A DNA stretch of 63,149 nt, filler included, from Octopus bimaculoides (GCF_001194135.2; 6 parts of 6 records of this genome joined end to end with filler, not necessarily neighbours in it), one strand, 5' to 3'; shown: positions 13,917 through 28,331, counted from the whole stretch's first letter. Program-made: numbers and translations. Notes: a model not told the origin generated them from the sequence alone.

Positions 13917-15654
13917 NNNNNNNNNNNNNNNNNNNNNNNNNNNNNNNNNNNNNNNNNNNNNNNNNNNNNNNNNNNNNNNNNNNNNNNNNNNNNNNNNNNN
14001 NNNNNNNNNNNNNNNNNNNNNNNNNNNNNNNNNNNNNNNNNNNNNNNNNNNNNNNNNNNNNNNNNNNNNNNNNNNNNNNNNNNNNNNNNNNNNNNNNNNN
14101 NNNNNNNNNNNNNNNNNNNNNNNNNNNNNNNNNNNNNNATAAGCATATTTGCAATCTTTTCATCTCGAATTAAAGAAAAAATGTTGGAATAATATAATGA
14201 CAGACAAGAATACAATGGAATATATTTTTTTATAACAGACCAAAGCATTTTCTTTGCTAGAAACTGTTTTTCATAATATAAAACAAAGATTTCTTTGATA
14301 TTTTATATATATATTTTTATATTTCATTTAATTTCTGGATTAGCTTATATTTCATAATTTTAATTCAGCATGAGATATCCATAGATATTAAAGTTTTACA
14401 CTATATTAGAAAATAAAACAGCACGCAGACGCATGTCCATATAATCATTTCTGAAACCAAACTGATACAAGGGAAAAACATATCCATAAGTCTTGTCTTT
14501 ACTTTTATTTTTAACCGTTCCTCCAAAGCTATCTCTATTTCTCTCTCTCTCTGTCTCAACACATATGCACACTCACAAGTACAAGTAGACGAGCATACAA
14601 ACGCATATACTAATGTACATTCATCTATATTTTTGTACGTACGTATGTATATGTACGCATGCTATGTCACTCTTAGAGCTACAGGTTGCATGTCATCCAA
14701 CAAATAGGTACAGGTATCAATACACCTGTACCTCTTTGTTACTCACACATATTTTATATATACATATATATATATATATGTACACACACACACACACTGA
14801 TAGACAAACAGACATATAGATAGATATTAACCCACATATATGCATACGCACATATGTGTGTATGTATGTGTGTCTGTGTGTGTGTGAATCCATGTAGTTG
14901 ATATGCAAAATACTTTTATATAAAGTGTATTCATTAACCATGCATATAGGAAGACGCGTGTTATAGATATTACTAATTATGTATTTATTTGCATATTACT
15001 ACCTCACCTTTGTTAATATTTATCAGATAAATATTAATTGTTAAAATGACAAAGGTGCTACCCTTTTACTTTCTTCAAAGAGAATCTTTTGAATGGATAT
15101 TTCTTCTTTTCTCGGCTTGACATTTTAAGCAATTGTTGTAACAATGCTATTATCTTTACAAAAGCATATCAAATTCACGATATTCTGCACTAGTTTGACG
15201 CTTTGAACATTTATTGCATGAAAGGTATTATACTCTGAATAAGGTATCTTATTCATAACATCATGTATTTCAGATTTCGGTTGCTGCGTTAGACTCTTGT
15301 AAATACCACTGAGGATATTTGCAGCATAACTGATATTGCTAATTATTACAATTGGTAATCGTTGCATATGTTAGTAGTCATATAGCACCTCACTACTTCA
15401 AACATAACACTGTACCATATCCGAGATTTAAAAATCAACAACAACAGAGTTGCCAAGAACTTGAAATTTTGAATGCTTCAAAATTCTTTCTAAACTCATC
15501 AGGGCTGGATGCAAGTCTACTGGTATAATGTTGGTGTAGAATGCATTATCATAGTTTACAAATTGCAAAGACCTTCGAGATATTGACTGTTTCTTTAATC
15601 CCTCAAATCTAAGTGTAAAGAAACCCATTGCTTTTTGTTCGGATAATATTGAGT

Positions 15655-15840
15655 GGGACAGAATCGTGAGCGCGTCGGACAAACTTCTTAGCGGCATATC
15701 GTGCGCCTTTACGGTCTGAGTTAAAATTCCGCCGAGGTCGAATTTACCTTTCCTCCTTTCGACGTCGAGTACTGGGGTCCATGTAATCAACTTCCCTCCC
15801 TAGCAATTCCAGGCTTTGTGCCTATTGTAGAAAGGATTGT
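15655..15840 (+). mobile_element. Degenerate SINE-A (tail variant 2)
   Basis: cagaatcgtgagcgcgtcgg...aaattccgccgaggtcga...gcctattgtagaaaggatt. Confidence 0.7.
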
Positions 15841-16322
15841 TGTTGTTATTTTACTTGTGCGTGTTGCTGTTTTTCTTATACATGCATAAATTTATATTTA
15901 TCTAAAATATTAAATCATGTGTACAGTTTCCTTTTGGCTCATTTAATAATATTCTAGTAGAAAGCAACAGCGAAATTATGACGATATGAACTCTCCGCTG
16001 GTAGGTTTCCAGTTCATTTTTCTCTCTATTAAGCTACATTGTTAAATCCAAGAAGCAGTTAAGTGTATAAGGCTTAAAGAAAGATTGTATAAACAGTTCC
16101 TCACAAACCCAATCAGCATTCGTAACCAGAGGGTAAATTTAAATACCTATATAAGTACCACGGTGTGTTTGTCATGTCAAATATATTCTTACACACATAC
16201 ACACACGAGGGAACGAAACACACACACACACACACATAGATGAAATATAAATGCATCTATATATATGTGTGTGTGTATCAAACACCAAAATAAAACTATA
16301 TGAATATATATATACATACATG

Positions 16323-16354
<32 letters not shown>

Positions 16355-18155
16355 NNNNNNNNNNNNNNNNNNNNNNNNNNNNNNNNNNNNNNNNNNNNNN
16401 NNNNNNNNNNNNNNNNNNNNNNNNNNNNNNNNNNNNNNNNNNATATATACAAACACACATATATATATATATATACACACATATACATACATACATACAT
16501 ACATACGTATATATATACATATATGTATGTGAATATATACATATACACACACATATATATACACGTATATATATATATGTATGTATGTATGTATAAAGAT
16601 ATATGAATGTATATTATTGAACACATACATATATGCATATCCATGTATATAAGTATATATACGTACACATTACACACATTCACACAATATCTTATAAGTT
16701 TATGTGAAACAGTAATGTAAATTTTGCGAACGTAATACATACGTGCATTGTTTAATCAAGGTCCTTTGAGTTTTGTTTTTTTTTTCATTTGAATTTTATA
16801 ATAATTTTACTATAATTCGTTTTATTCCGCTTGTTGTTTCTTGTTTTCTTCTAATACTTTTAAATCTTACTATTTTGTCAATAACATGTTAATTAGAAAG
16901 AAACGAGGCAAACTAATCAAACACAGAATAAAATAGTTAGCGAAGTAGACCTATGCGGCACATAGAACACCTACATATATTAGAAAATCTTAATAAACTA
17001 TAAAGAAGACATTGAAACAAATAACAATTATATGACAGAATAATATAATGAAGAGAAGAGCTGCTTTAATATTTAAAGAAATATAATATCTTGAGGATTA
17101 ATTCTGAAAGGATTAAAGATAACGTTACTTTAATACATACGTTCATTTTTATATTACGTTTATTTCAGTTTGTTTATTTATTCATTTGTTGCTGTTTATA
17201 TATANNNNNNNNNNNNNNNNNNNNNNNNNNNNNNNNNNNNNNNNNNNNNNNNNNNNNNNNNNNNNNNNNNNNNNNNNNNNNNNNNNNNNNNNNNNNNNNN
17301 NNNNNNNNNNNNNNNNNNNNNNNNNNNNNNNNNNNNNNNNNNNNNNNNNNNNNNNNNNNNNNNNNNNNNNNNNNNNNNNNNNNNNNNNNNNNNNNNNNNN
17401 NNNNNNNNNNNNNNNNNNNNNNNNNNNNNNNNNNNNNNNNNNNNNNNNNNNNNNNNNNNNNNNNNNNNTATATATATATATATTTGGTTTTATGTTCTTG
17501 TTGGTTTTATTTTAGATAAAAGAATTGAAAATTCTAAAACTGAGCGAAAAGAGAGGTTGGTAGGAGAGAGGGCGGGGGAATGAAATGTAAACAAGAAGAA
17601 GAAAAAAATTCAGAAATAAAGATATTGGAAATCCTAAATCATATTTTCTGAAATATGATGGCTTACAAATATTGTTCTTTCCGTTGTATGGATATCAAAA
17701 AATAAATAAATAAATGCCAAAGAAAAATAAATAAACAAATAATAACAAGAAACGAACAAGTTCAGAAAGTATGTTTGAAAATACCCATTCTTTTGAGTAC
17801 GTATATGTATGAATGAGTGCAATGGGCTGTCATATTCTGTTGGAAGTTTATTATCATTATTGCTATTGTTCTTGTCGTTGTTGTTGTTGTTGTTGCTGCT
17901 TTTGTTTTTGTTGTTGTCTTGTTGTTTTAATTTTAGTTTCTACAACTTTGGCCTCCGTAATGTATGCATGTTTAATGGTTGGTAAATCTCAGAAATCATA
18001 ATATCGTCTACCCATCTATTTATAGACACACTTTTCGTTAGTCTATCTACTTATTCACTTATCTCTTTCTTCCTCTCACTCTCTCACTCTCTCTCTCTCT
18101 CTCTCTCTCTCGCTCTCTCTTTCTCTTTGTATACATAGATATCACATGTTTATAT

Positions 18156-18229
<74 letters not shown>

Positions 18230-18991
18230 ACGAACATGTCAAGGTGAGGATTTTTCTCTATTAACGCACAGATTTGCGTTCCGATACACACAGCCTAATA
18301 ATTTAATAAACTCAGCTTTAAATTCATGCCAGTCGATCTATGATAAATGCACATATGCATACGTGTGTATACATATATATATTTACATATGAGACAAAGT
18401 GTACGTACGCCGCTATATATATATCTATATATATATATATATATATAATGTATCTGTAAAAATATGTAACACTTATTCGGTAGCCATGATAAAACTCCGA
18501 GTATCGGATGCCGGGACGGAAACCCACACCGTCATCGTCATCTCTTCAGTTATCTGGCCATTAATGTATGTATATGTATGTATATGTATGCATGTATGTA
18601 TGTATAAATATAAATATATATATGTATATATATATATATATATATATNNNNNNNNNNNNNNNNNNNNNNNNNNNNNNNNNNNNNNNNNNNNNNNNNNNNN
18701 NNNNNNNNNNNNNNNNNNNNNNNNNNNNNNNNNNNNNNNNNNNNNNNNNNNNNNNNNNNNNNNNNNNNNNNNNNNNNNNNNNNNNNNNNNNNNNNNNNNN
18801 NNNNNNNNNNNNNNNNNNNNNNNNNNNNNNNNNNNNNNNNNNNNNNNNNNNNNNNNNNNNNNNNNNNNNNNNNNNNNNNNNNNNNNNNNNNNNNNNNNNN
18901 NNNNNNNNNNNNNNNNNNNNNNNNNNNNNNNNNNNNNNNNNNNNNNNNNNNNNNNNNNNNNNNNNNNNNNNNNNNNNNNNNNNNNNNNNNN

Positions 18992-19037
<46 letters not shown>

Positions 19038-19239
19038 ATAAATGTGTGTGTGAGCGAGTAGCAGTTTGTATAGGTGTATATAATATAGCACATGCATACA
19101 TTCAAATCGTCTGAGGATGTGAGCAAAGAATCACGAAGTCAAACTTAATCCTTAGACCAAGATTTGCAATAGGTTGAGAGGTCATCGTACTTATTTGTCG
19201 TGTCGGAGTCATGGTAGACATAAATGCTTCAATGTTATC

Positions 19240-19422
19240 GTTAGCGAAGCTGAACAAAATGCTTAGCCCTATTTCGCCCGTCGATACGTTCTGAGTTCAA
19301 ATTCCGCCGAGGTCGACTTTGCCTCTCTTCCTTTCATGGTCGATGAAATAAGTACTAATCAAGTACTGGTGTCAATGTAATCGATTAGACCCCTCCTCCA
19401 TATTTCAAGCCTTGTGCCCATA
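19240..19422 (+). mobile_element. SINE-A (tail variant 2)
   Basis: gttctgagttcaaattccgccgaggtcgactttgcc...aatcgattagacccctcc...gccttgtgccca. Confidence 0.75.
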
Positions 19423-20381
19423 TCATTACCATCATAACCATCATATGGTTTGACATGGGTAACAATGGATCGTTTTAAACTAGGTACAACTGAGTTATTT
19501 TTTTTTAGGTTATCAATTAGCCTACGTAAAGAGGTATTATCACTTTTCACTTGAGATCAAAAGCTAGAATAGTGGTTAATAATTCTGACCTCGAAGGTGG
19601 TACTGCACGAGACGATATATACATATTTGGAATCTTCCGTGGAGAGCGTACACATACATACTATATTTTTTTAGGCATTTATTTTCCGTGGGACAAGTTG
19701 CGGGGAGTCTACAGCTGCATGTACTTCCAGAGGGTGCCAAAGTGGAGTTTGTGGGATTATGATTACCTGAGGTTAACAGGGTGCTATATTTAGTCTTACC
19801 CTCGGCGTTAGGATTGGTATTGATGGTATGATGAGGAAGCCGTCCGTGGTATGTAACTCATAGTAGCTCTCTATTATTCCTAATATTCTCTCCTTCAGTA
19901 TTCGGTATAGCCGGACCATTAGGTCGATTAAGGGGACTGGGGGATATTAGGATTTGGCTAAAGAGGCTAGGGTCACCATTGTTAAGGAGGTTTAAAGATG
20001 TCCTAGGGCTATAGTTGGGGGTGCTGGGGTTATAGTGTATTGTATTTGTATGATAAAAGTTAACTAATCGCTGGTTACGTAGCTTCTTATTGTTAAGTCA
20101 CCGGACTATATCGGCAGTGTTAGTTGCGGTGGAGTAGGAAAATTGAATAGGTTGGAGGTTGAAGATTTTCCCATACGATTACTGGACATAGGGAAATCGT
20201 TTTCAAGAAGAGAGAAGAAAAACTTAACTAGTCGGGTCTGAACTTTATGGGTGAAGTGGGGGATGAAACCAGATAATGTCACGTGTCCTGGTCTCTTTAT
20301 TCCGTTCTAGCAGGTTACCTCATATGGCTTGGGGCAGGGAGGTACGCGCTGACGTGGATGTTGATAGGCAGCAGTGGATTT
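19423..20381 (-). mobile_element. Penelope-like retroelement relic (RT thumb/linker + GIY-YIG endonuclease)
   Basis: With stops and frameshifts the minus strand reads RTRDIIWFHPP...KIFNLQPIQFSYST...NNKKL, then CSCRLPATCPTENKCL, then YIVSCSTTFEVRIINHYSSF...NTSLRRLIDNLKKNNSVVPSLKRSIVTHVKPY. Order and motifs match PLE C-termini. Confidence 0.85.
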
Positions 20382-20382
20382 G

Positions 20383-20443
<61 letters not shown>

Positions 20444-20769
20444 TCCAGAGAGAGGGAAAGCTATATAGATTTTATACATGTACGCATTTTATCATATATA
20501 GAGTAGCAGTTCCGTTTGATTTCTTTCTGCATTCCATTTGCTCTTTCATTGCTGACAACAGGTTCACTTTCTCTAGAAACCTTTACGATTCATCTGCAAT
20601 GAGCTGGTTAGTAATTTTAGATCAATATAAAGCGTGTAACAGGCTTATAATTACTAACCTTCACTCCATTTTCTTTCGCCTTCTGTATTAACACTGTTCT
20701 TTCTCCTGTCATCTATGTCAGTATTCCATTTTCTAAATCACTAAGAAATGATAGTATATATATATCTGT

Positions 20770-22093
20770 GCATACTTATGAGATTTTAAAGCCAAGATTC
20801 TTGAACATTACTGGGTATAGGAACACATAGTTTCGAAAACTTTTAAGTATCTTTTTAGTTCCTGTTTCTGTACTATTTATATTCTCTTTTCTTGACTTAT
20901 TTCTCTTTTCCCTATTTAAATCCTGTAACCAATCCCTTCCAATATATTGAACCTCCTGCTCCAAACATCTGACCAAAAGCTCCTTATTGCTTCAGTATTT
21001 GGTACGTTATTCCTTTGATAATAATTCTTATTGTTCAGCTGTTAGTAAAGTCCCTTTGAATTGCTTCAGGTTCACTGATACTAATTCATTCATTCTTTTG
21101 ATTCTGATACTAATTCATTCATATCTAGCATATTTCCTCGACTGTACCTTAATTATCTTCTCTTATCTCGTCATTAGCTGTCCGTAATCCTCTATGTATG
21201 ATATTATACTTTCTTCGGAGCTTATCATTATGTTTTCCTTCATCTGTATTTTTTTTTATTCATAGCCGGTTTGCTTCCAAGATCATAACTGAGCTGCTCG
21301 CTCGATTCTCTAAGAATTTCTACAGCAACATAGTCTACACACTATATGTAGCCATTTACATCTGTTACATTCTCACCCTTGATTTATGCAAATACTTTAT
21401 TCAGATTCTTTACAGCATTTCATTGTTTTTCACATTCGGTTCCTCTGAAAACTCGAAATTTCGCACTATCCTTATTTCTTGTTTCGTTTAAAAGTCAAAG
21501 TTAGTTACGGCCTTATTTTATAAAGACTTTTCCCTCCATGACGTGAAACGTATTTTCGACCTCGCTACTACTTCTCTTCCTCTTGATAATTCGCTAATAT
21601 TTCTGTTATTTTCTGGTTTAATTCCTCCTCCTATACAGCGAACATCTTTATTCACTTTCCCGGCGAACCGATCCAGCTCAAACTAGGATAGCCGTTGTTC
21701 TCACGCGAGTCGATATTTTCCGTTCTTTGACAAGGAGCATGCTTCTCTCTATTCATATTCTATGCAAATTTTTTTCTGGAGCTAACTTTACTAATTTTAC
21801 CTTAATAACATTATTTGGCAATTCTACTAATCACTGAAACAGGAGTTGAATAATGATCAGGACCATCCTGCTGAGCAGTGAGATACTTGATTTGCAAAAG
21901 ACCTTCACCACAAAGATCTTGTCTTGTTAACCCAGCTTGTTTTAGTATAAATTTTTATTTAATACTACATTCATAAAGAAGTCACAGACGATAAGGAGAC
22001 ATCATATCTAGAGGAGTGCCAATCTGAAGCCCCTTCCTCCGCCAGTGGCAAATCCAGTCCTACTAGGGCCAATCCGGTACAGTATTTTCTTGA
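20770..22093 (-). mobile_element. R4/Dong-like non-LTR retrotransposon relic, N-terminal/pre-RT region
   Basis: Frameshifted motifs LNKVFA.IKGENVTDVNGYI, LRRKYNIIHRGLR, VPNTEAIRSFWSDVWS, DWLQDLNREKRNKSRKENINSTE...KSFRN match the conserved pre-RT region of R4-clade ORFs; the presumed 5' end abuts (ATT)n at 22094-22122. The extension above about 21800 is less certain. Confidence 0.65.
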
Positions 22094-22511
22094 GATTATT
22101 ATTATTATTATTATTATTATTATTGAAAGACGACAGAAAGTTACAAAAATGGCAACTGTGGGTGACTCCGCTCTACGTATAGGCCCGTGAGTCGGATGGG
22201 AGGAAATACAGAGCGCACTTACACCGTTCAGGAAGATCTTAATTGATGGTTACTTCGATCATCCCTAGCTATCCTTCTGTATCAGGAGGATCACAACACT
22301 ATCATCTTTTTTCTTACTTTCATTTGATTGCAGTATACTATGTATAAACCACTTCTTTTTTTTTTTCGTATAACTTAAATAATTTTCCTTTTTTATCATT
22401 TCATTATATGTAAACACCCACACTTTATATTTGTCGTTGTATTGTCCCCCTCAGCCGTCGCTCTTATGGCAAATAACAAAAACCATTTTTATCATTATTA
22501 TTATTATTATA

Positions 22512-22564
<53 letters not shown>

Positions 22565-22836
22565 CGACACACATCTGTGCGCTCACATTATACACGAATG
22601 TATACACACACACATCCATACCGATTTAAAAACAGAGGCAACGTAGGTTAATATCTATTTCCAGCAGTTAGTCACTATAATCACGCTGATGAATGTATGT
22701 CTATGTATATACGTATGCATGTTTGCCTGCACGAATGTGTGCATGTGTGCATGCATGCTATGTGTGCATCTGAGGGAATGTATGTTTATAAANNNNNNNN
22801 NNNNNNNNNNNNNNNNNNNNNNNNNNNNNNNNNNNN

Positions 22837-22848
22837 TTAATTAATTAA
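22837..22848. other. Artificial scaffold linker TTAATTAATTAA (N44-12 nt-N44)
   Basis: Identical 12-mer centred in exactly 100-nt gaps at 22837, 48405, 51851, 54856 and 59364; gives TAA stops in all six frames. Confidence 0.9.
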
Positions 22849-22894
22849 NNNNNNNNNNNNNNNNNNNNNNNNNNNNNNNNNNNNNNNNNNNNAT

Positions 22895-23134
22895 CACAGA
22901 GTTTTAGTAGTTGTGCTGTGACCCTGTTCGGTCCCGAATGACAACAGGATTGCACCTAGAAAGTTCTTCATAGAGGCACAAGTCTGGGCAAAGTTGTTTA
23001 TGGAAGACCAGCAGTCGCCCATGCATACCATCCTCCCCTCTCCACGCCGATACAGCTTGGCACCAGTGACGTCGCAGCTCGTTTATTAACGTACAAGTGG
23101 CTGAGCACTCCACAGACACGTGTACCATTAACGT
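22895..23134 (-). mobile_element. Chimeric SINE fragment, tail T2 joined to tail T1
   Basis: ggcacaagtctgggcaaagttgtttatggaagaccagcagtcgcccatgcatacc (T2), directly followed by acaagtggctgagcactccacagacacgtgtacc (T1). Confidence 0.65.
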
Positions 23135-23863
23135 NNNNNNNNNNTTGTGAAAAGACGTAATGTAATAGGTACGTACTATGAGTGCTCGGTTTAAGTTTAG
23201 GGCTAAAATTCGAGCTTGAACAGCAACTAAAATATATAGTATTGAGAATGCGTATCGAAGGGAGCCAGAAGAGGATTCTCCTTCAACGGGTAGATATAGA
23301 TTAAAATTTTAAAAAATAAAAAAACGGAAAAGCAAAATATTTGGCATCGCTCGAAAAAATATTTAATTTATAGAATATAAACAGATTCCCTTTCACTGCT
23401 TCTAGAACAGCCAAGCAAGTGGATCATGTCAGAGTTCACCCCCAACTCGACACTGTACTGGCATACCTCTACTAACGTCGTTTTGAGTTACGTTTTTTGT
23501 TTTTAAGAAATTTATAAAAAAAATGAACCTCAACTTGTGTCGATTTATCCGATTTTACGTCGATATCAGCGAGCATAATTAAAAGCATAAAGATTAAAAA
23601 ACCCCATCTGAAAACCAATAATGAAGTGGAAAATCAAATAAGATATATATGAAAATATGTACATACCTTTTAGTTAGTGGATAATATTTTTAAATTGCTT
23701 CTTCGCATTACACTGTTCTTCGAGTTAAATCGCATATCTTGTAACCAATTATCCACGTAAGTTGAGATATGCCTGGATAGACTTACACTTTTTTGCCAAG
23801 AGTTATTAACTGGCTTTAGTCGAGTTGGTACAATCCTTATACTACAGGGAAAATGCTTTATAT

Positions 23864-24174
23864 CTGTAGCTCTGAACCGGGGTCCACGTGACCGCTAAGA
23901 GCTCATATAAAGTTTTTGATGATCCACGCGAATGAAACAGTAAATTAGGAATCCACGGAATTTTAGGGGGTCCAAGAAAACCTTTTAGTTTAGTTATATT
24001 TGTTGCTAGAAATAACAAAGTTTCTTTTTCTAACGCTTCACAAATGGCAAAAACAAAATGGAAATTTTGAAAGAAGTTTCTATAAAATTAGTTTTCAAAA
24101 TATCGGATGGCATTAGAGAATAGAAATAAAAAGGGAGACAATCGATTTTTTTAAAAAATGGTTGAGAACCACTG
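23864..24174 (+). mobile_element. hAT-type MITE
   Basis: Right TIR ggttgagaaccactg, decayed left TIR ctgtagctctgaacc; 8-bp flanks ctttatat / cgttatat (7/8). Confidence 0.7.
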
Positions 24175-24699
24175 CGTTATATATTTCTTTTAACACTTTA
24201 CGTTCTGAGTTCAAATCTCGCTGAAGTTAGCTTTGCCTTAAATCTCTCAGCCTGGTCGATAAAATACAGAACTAATCAAATATTGGAATCGATGGTAAAN
24301 NNNNNNNNNNNNNNNNNNNNNNNNNNNNNNNNNNNNNNNNNNNNNNNNNNNNNNNNNNNNNNNNNNNNNNNNNNNNNNNNNNNNNNNNNNNNNNNNNNNN
24401 NNNNNNNNNNNNNNNNNNNNNNNNNNNNNNNNNNNNNNNNNNNNNNNNNNNNNNNNNNNNNNNNNNNNNNNNNNNNNNNNNNNNNNNNNNNNNNNNNNNN
24501 NNNNNNNNNNNNNNNNNNNNNNNNNNNNNNNNNNNNNNNNNNNNNNNNNNNNNNNNNNNNNNNNNNNNNNNNNNNNNNNNNNNNNNNNNNNNNNNNNNNN
24601 NNNNNNNNNNNNNNNNNNNNNNNNNNNNNNNNNNNNNNNNNNNNNNNNNNNNNNNNNNNNNNNNNNNNNNNNNNNNNNNNNNNNNNNNNNNNNNNNNNN

Positions 24700-25020
24700 T
24701 CACCCTTCTTTCCTGTTTCTGTTGTACCTGTATTTCAAAGGGCCAGCCTTGTCACAGTCTGTGTCACGCTGAATCTCTCCGAGAACTACGTTAAGGGTAC
24801 ACGTGTCTGTGGAGTGCTCAGCCACTTGCATGTTAATTTCACGTTGATCAGATCAACTGGAAACCTTGTCGTCGTAACCGACGGAGTGCCACGATTTTAT
24901 CGATCACGAAAGGATGAAAGGCAAAGTCGGCTTCGACAGCATTTGAACTCAGAACGTAAAGCCGGTCATAAAGCTGTTAAACATCTCGTCCGGCATGTTA
25001 ACGATTTTTACGAGTTCGTC
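24700..25020. mobile_element. T1-tail SINE 3' part (+, about 24700-24890) followed by a SINE-A fragment (-, about 24890-25020)
   Basis: gtacctgtatttcaaagggccagccttgtcac...gtcgtaaccgacggagtgcc, then gaaaggatgaaaggcaaagtcgg...tgaactcagaacgta. Confidence 0.75.
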
Positions 25021-25259
25021 ACCTTTTCTAATAACAACGTATTTGACCCACCCTTCATAGCATCCTATTTACTATTTTGCTTCGAAAACCATGCAATTAG
25101 TCTTTTAATTATACTCCCTGTCAAATAATTTCCCCTCTCCATCCTCGCCACACACTGCTAGCCCTGTCTACTTTACATTCCTCACCTCAACGCTCGCTTT
25201 GTTACATTTTTTCTTCATGATTTTCGTTCACCTTTTTCTTCGTTTCTCTTTTTGCATCA

Positions 25260-25422
25260 CGGAATTGTTGCTGTTGTTGTTGCAGTTGATTTTCTTCTTC
25301 TTCTTCTTCTTCTTCTTTTTTCTTCATCATCTTCTTCTTCTACTTCTTCTTTCTTTCTTTCTTTCTTGTTTTCCTTTTCATTCTTCTACTTTTCCTTCTC
25401 GTTCTTCTTCGTCTCCTTACTG

Positions 25423-25471
<49 letters not shown>

Positions 25472-25578
25472 CACCACCACCACAACTAGTTGTATCACGA
25501 AACACCACCACGACCACCACAACCACTACTACTAGTAGTTGAACCACCAAACACCACCACCACTACCACCACCACCAT

Positions 25579-25611
<33 letters not shown>

Positions 25612-25700
25612 CGCCACCCACCCCCATTACTACTAATATTACTACTATCACTACCATTACCATTACCACCACCACCACAACTACTACTACAACTACCTCC
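25260..25700. repeat. Compound trinucleotide low-complexity tract (TTG/TTC/TAC/CAC)
   Basis: Sequential microsatellite blocks; source of the poly-F/L/Y/H/T ORFs in the track. Confidence 0.9.
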
Positions 25701-26180
25701 TCCCATCCCCTCTCCTCTATTCCTACCCTGACAACTCACGTGTCTGGTTAACAACACCTAGTCTCAAACAAGGGCTACATTGTCTTCTTCACTCAGTTAT
25801 CGTACATATTAAGAACCCTCAAGCCCCACCCAACCATGACCCCTCCTTCAGACTCCCGGACACCCTGCAGCAGTAAAATATCTCAGAACTGATAAGTCAG
25901 TGAGAAAATAGGGAGGTGAGTGGACGGACAACGATGGTAATGCAATCATTTGCATTAGCTTACACACACACACCCGCACACACAAACGGGTGTGTACGTG
26001 CGTATATATATATATATATATATATATGTTCATACATGCATACATATATGTATATATAATACACACACACATATATATATCCATACGTATATACATATAT
26101 ATAATACATACACATATATATAGATATGCATATATGTGTGTGCGCGTGTGCGTGTACATATGTGTGTCTGTATGCATTAT

Positions 26181-26224
<44 letters not shown>

Positions 26225-27200
26225 ACACACACGCGCATATATATACACACACACACACATATATATATATATAGATAGATAGGTAGATAGATAGATAGAT
26301 AGATAGATAGATATAGGTAGATAGATACACATGCACACACATACACATATGTATGTATATATATNNNNNNNNNNNNNNNNNNNNNNNNNNNNNNNNNNNN
26401 NNNNNNNNNNNNNNNNNNNNNNNNNNNNNNNNNNNNNNNNNNNNNNNNNNNNNNNNNNNNNNNNNNNNNNNNNNNNNNNNNNNNNNNNNNNNNNNNNNNN
26501 NNNNNNNNNNNNNNNNNNNNNNNNNNNNNNNNNNNNNNNNNNNNNNNNNNNNNNNNNNNNNNNNNNNNNNNNNNNNNNNNNNNNNNNNNNNNNNNNNNNN
26601 NNNNNNNNNNNNNNNNNNNNNNNNNNNNNNNNNNNNNNNNNNNNNNNNNNNNNNNNNNNNNNNNNNNNNNNNNNNNNNNNNNNNNNNNNNNNNNNNNNNN
26701 NNNNNNNNNNNNNNNNNNNNNNNNNNNNNNNNNNNNNNNNNNNNNNNNNNNNNNNNNNNNNNNNNNNNNNNNNNNNNNNNNNNNNNNNNNNNNNNNNNNN
26801 NNNNNNNNNNNNNNNNNNNNNNNNNNNNNNNNNNNNNNNNNNNNNNNNNNNNNNNNNNNNNNNNNNNNNNNNNNNNNNNNNNNNNNNNNNNNNNNNNNNN
26901 NNNNNNNNNNNNNNNNNNNNNNNNNNNNNNNNNNNNNNNNNNNNNNNNNNNNNNNNNNNNNNNNNNNNNNTGTTATGTATATAGGTATGTATATGTATAT
27001 GTATATATATGTATATGCGTATGTAAGTGTGAATGAACGTGTATATACGTATACATGTATGAATGTGTATACACGTATTTATGTGTATAAGTGTATGTGT
27101 GTATGTATGTCTGTCTGTATGTATGTATGCATCGTTGCATGCATGTATGTATATGTGTGTATATACGCATATACACAAGTATATATATGTATGTGTATGC

Positions 27201-27247
<47 letters not shown>

Positions 27248-27674
27248 TGCGTGTGTATGTTTGTATGGGTGCGTTTGTGTTAGGCTGTGTATGTGTGTGC
27301 GCGCATGCGTGCATTGTGTATGTGTGTGTGTGGGTATGAACGTATATGTATGCATTGTGGTAGGAATAAATGATATTGGAAATAGCAGCAAAGATGTAGA
27401 TGAAGCTTCTATCATTACTTCAACCAAGATATCCGCCATTAGCTTCCGGCAAAACGTTTGCAAATTGCAGACATTTTGCTGAGAAATTGTGAGTCAATAC
27501 ACTAAGCTGTCTCTCTTTTAATTTCAGTAACCCTGGGGCCAGAAAAACAACAACAAAAACAGCAACAGATTTATTAGACATTTGTTTTTCCCCCTCACAG
27601 ACGGTGAGAAATGTTTCTGCCCGGGGAAGTATAACAACAACAATAATATATACACTGCTCTAACCAGCTCTTCG

Positions 27675-27766
<92 letters not shown>

Positions 27767-27768
<2 letters not shown>

Positions 27769-27978
27769 CCTTTCTACTATAGGCACAAGGCTTGAAGTGT
27801 CGGGGGAGGGGTATAGTCGATTACATGTACCCCAGTATTCATCATATTTTATCGATCCTGAAAGGATGGAAGGCAAAGTCGACGTCGGCGGAATTTCGAA
27901 CTCAGACAGTATTTATGGACGGAATGCCACTAAACATTTTGTCCGGACTGTTAACGGTTCTGTCAGCTCGCATCCTTG
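27767..27978 (-). mobile_element. SINE-A (tail variant 2) with (ATT)n 3' tail
   Basis: (AAT)n then atcctttctactataggcacaaggc...ggcaaagtcgacgtcggcggaatttcgaactcag...gtcagctcg. Confidence 0.85.
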
Positions 27979-28029
27979 AATAATGATAATAATAGCAACA
28001 ACAACAACAACAACAATAATAATAATAAT

Positions 28030-28331
28030 AAAGACCTGGAATTATAGGTAACTCGAATGTGGAATCTAAAAACAGAAACAATTCCTATCATGGTAGGTGC
28101 CTTAGGTATAATCAAAAAATATTCAGACAAATACATAACGAAAACACCAGGACTTACAAATATATATAACATACAGAAAATTGCACTACTGGGCACTGCA
28201 CACATCCTACGCAAAACACTTTCAATACAGTAACCATAAGAGCATCACAGCAAACCACAGCACATACCCAAGGCACACAGAGCTACGCTCGGTAGTGAAG
28301 TGAAAGCACGATATAAAAATAAAACTACTGA
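28030..28331 (+). mobile_element. 5'-truncated R4/Dong-like element, ORF C-terminus + 3' UTR
   Basis: KDLEL*VTRMWNLKTETIPIMVGALGIIKKYSDKYITKTPGLTNIYNIQKIALLGTAHILRKTLSIQ* (stop 28231-28233); starts directly after (AAT)n. Confidence 0.85.

Noticed and set aside
19111-19144. CTGAGGA-T-GTGA..TCAC-GAAGTC as a hammerhead
   Set aside because: GAAAC is incomplete, there is no stem I, and it is opposite in orientation to the nearby PLE relic; at best a dead remnant.
21980-22077. Plus-strand exon candidate VTDDKETSYLEECQSEAPSSASGKSSPTRANP (phase 1-0, compatible with the 52005 exon)
   Set aside because: Weak acceptor, and it lies in what appears to be the antisense 5' region of the R4-like relic. Only RNA-seq could rescue it.
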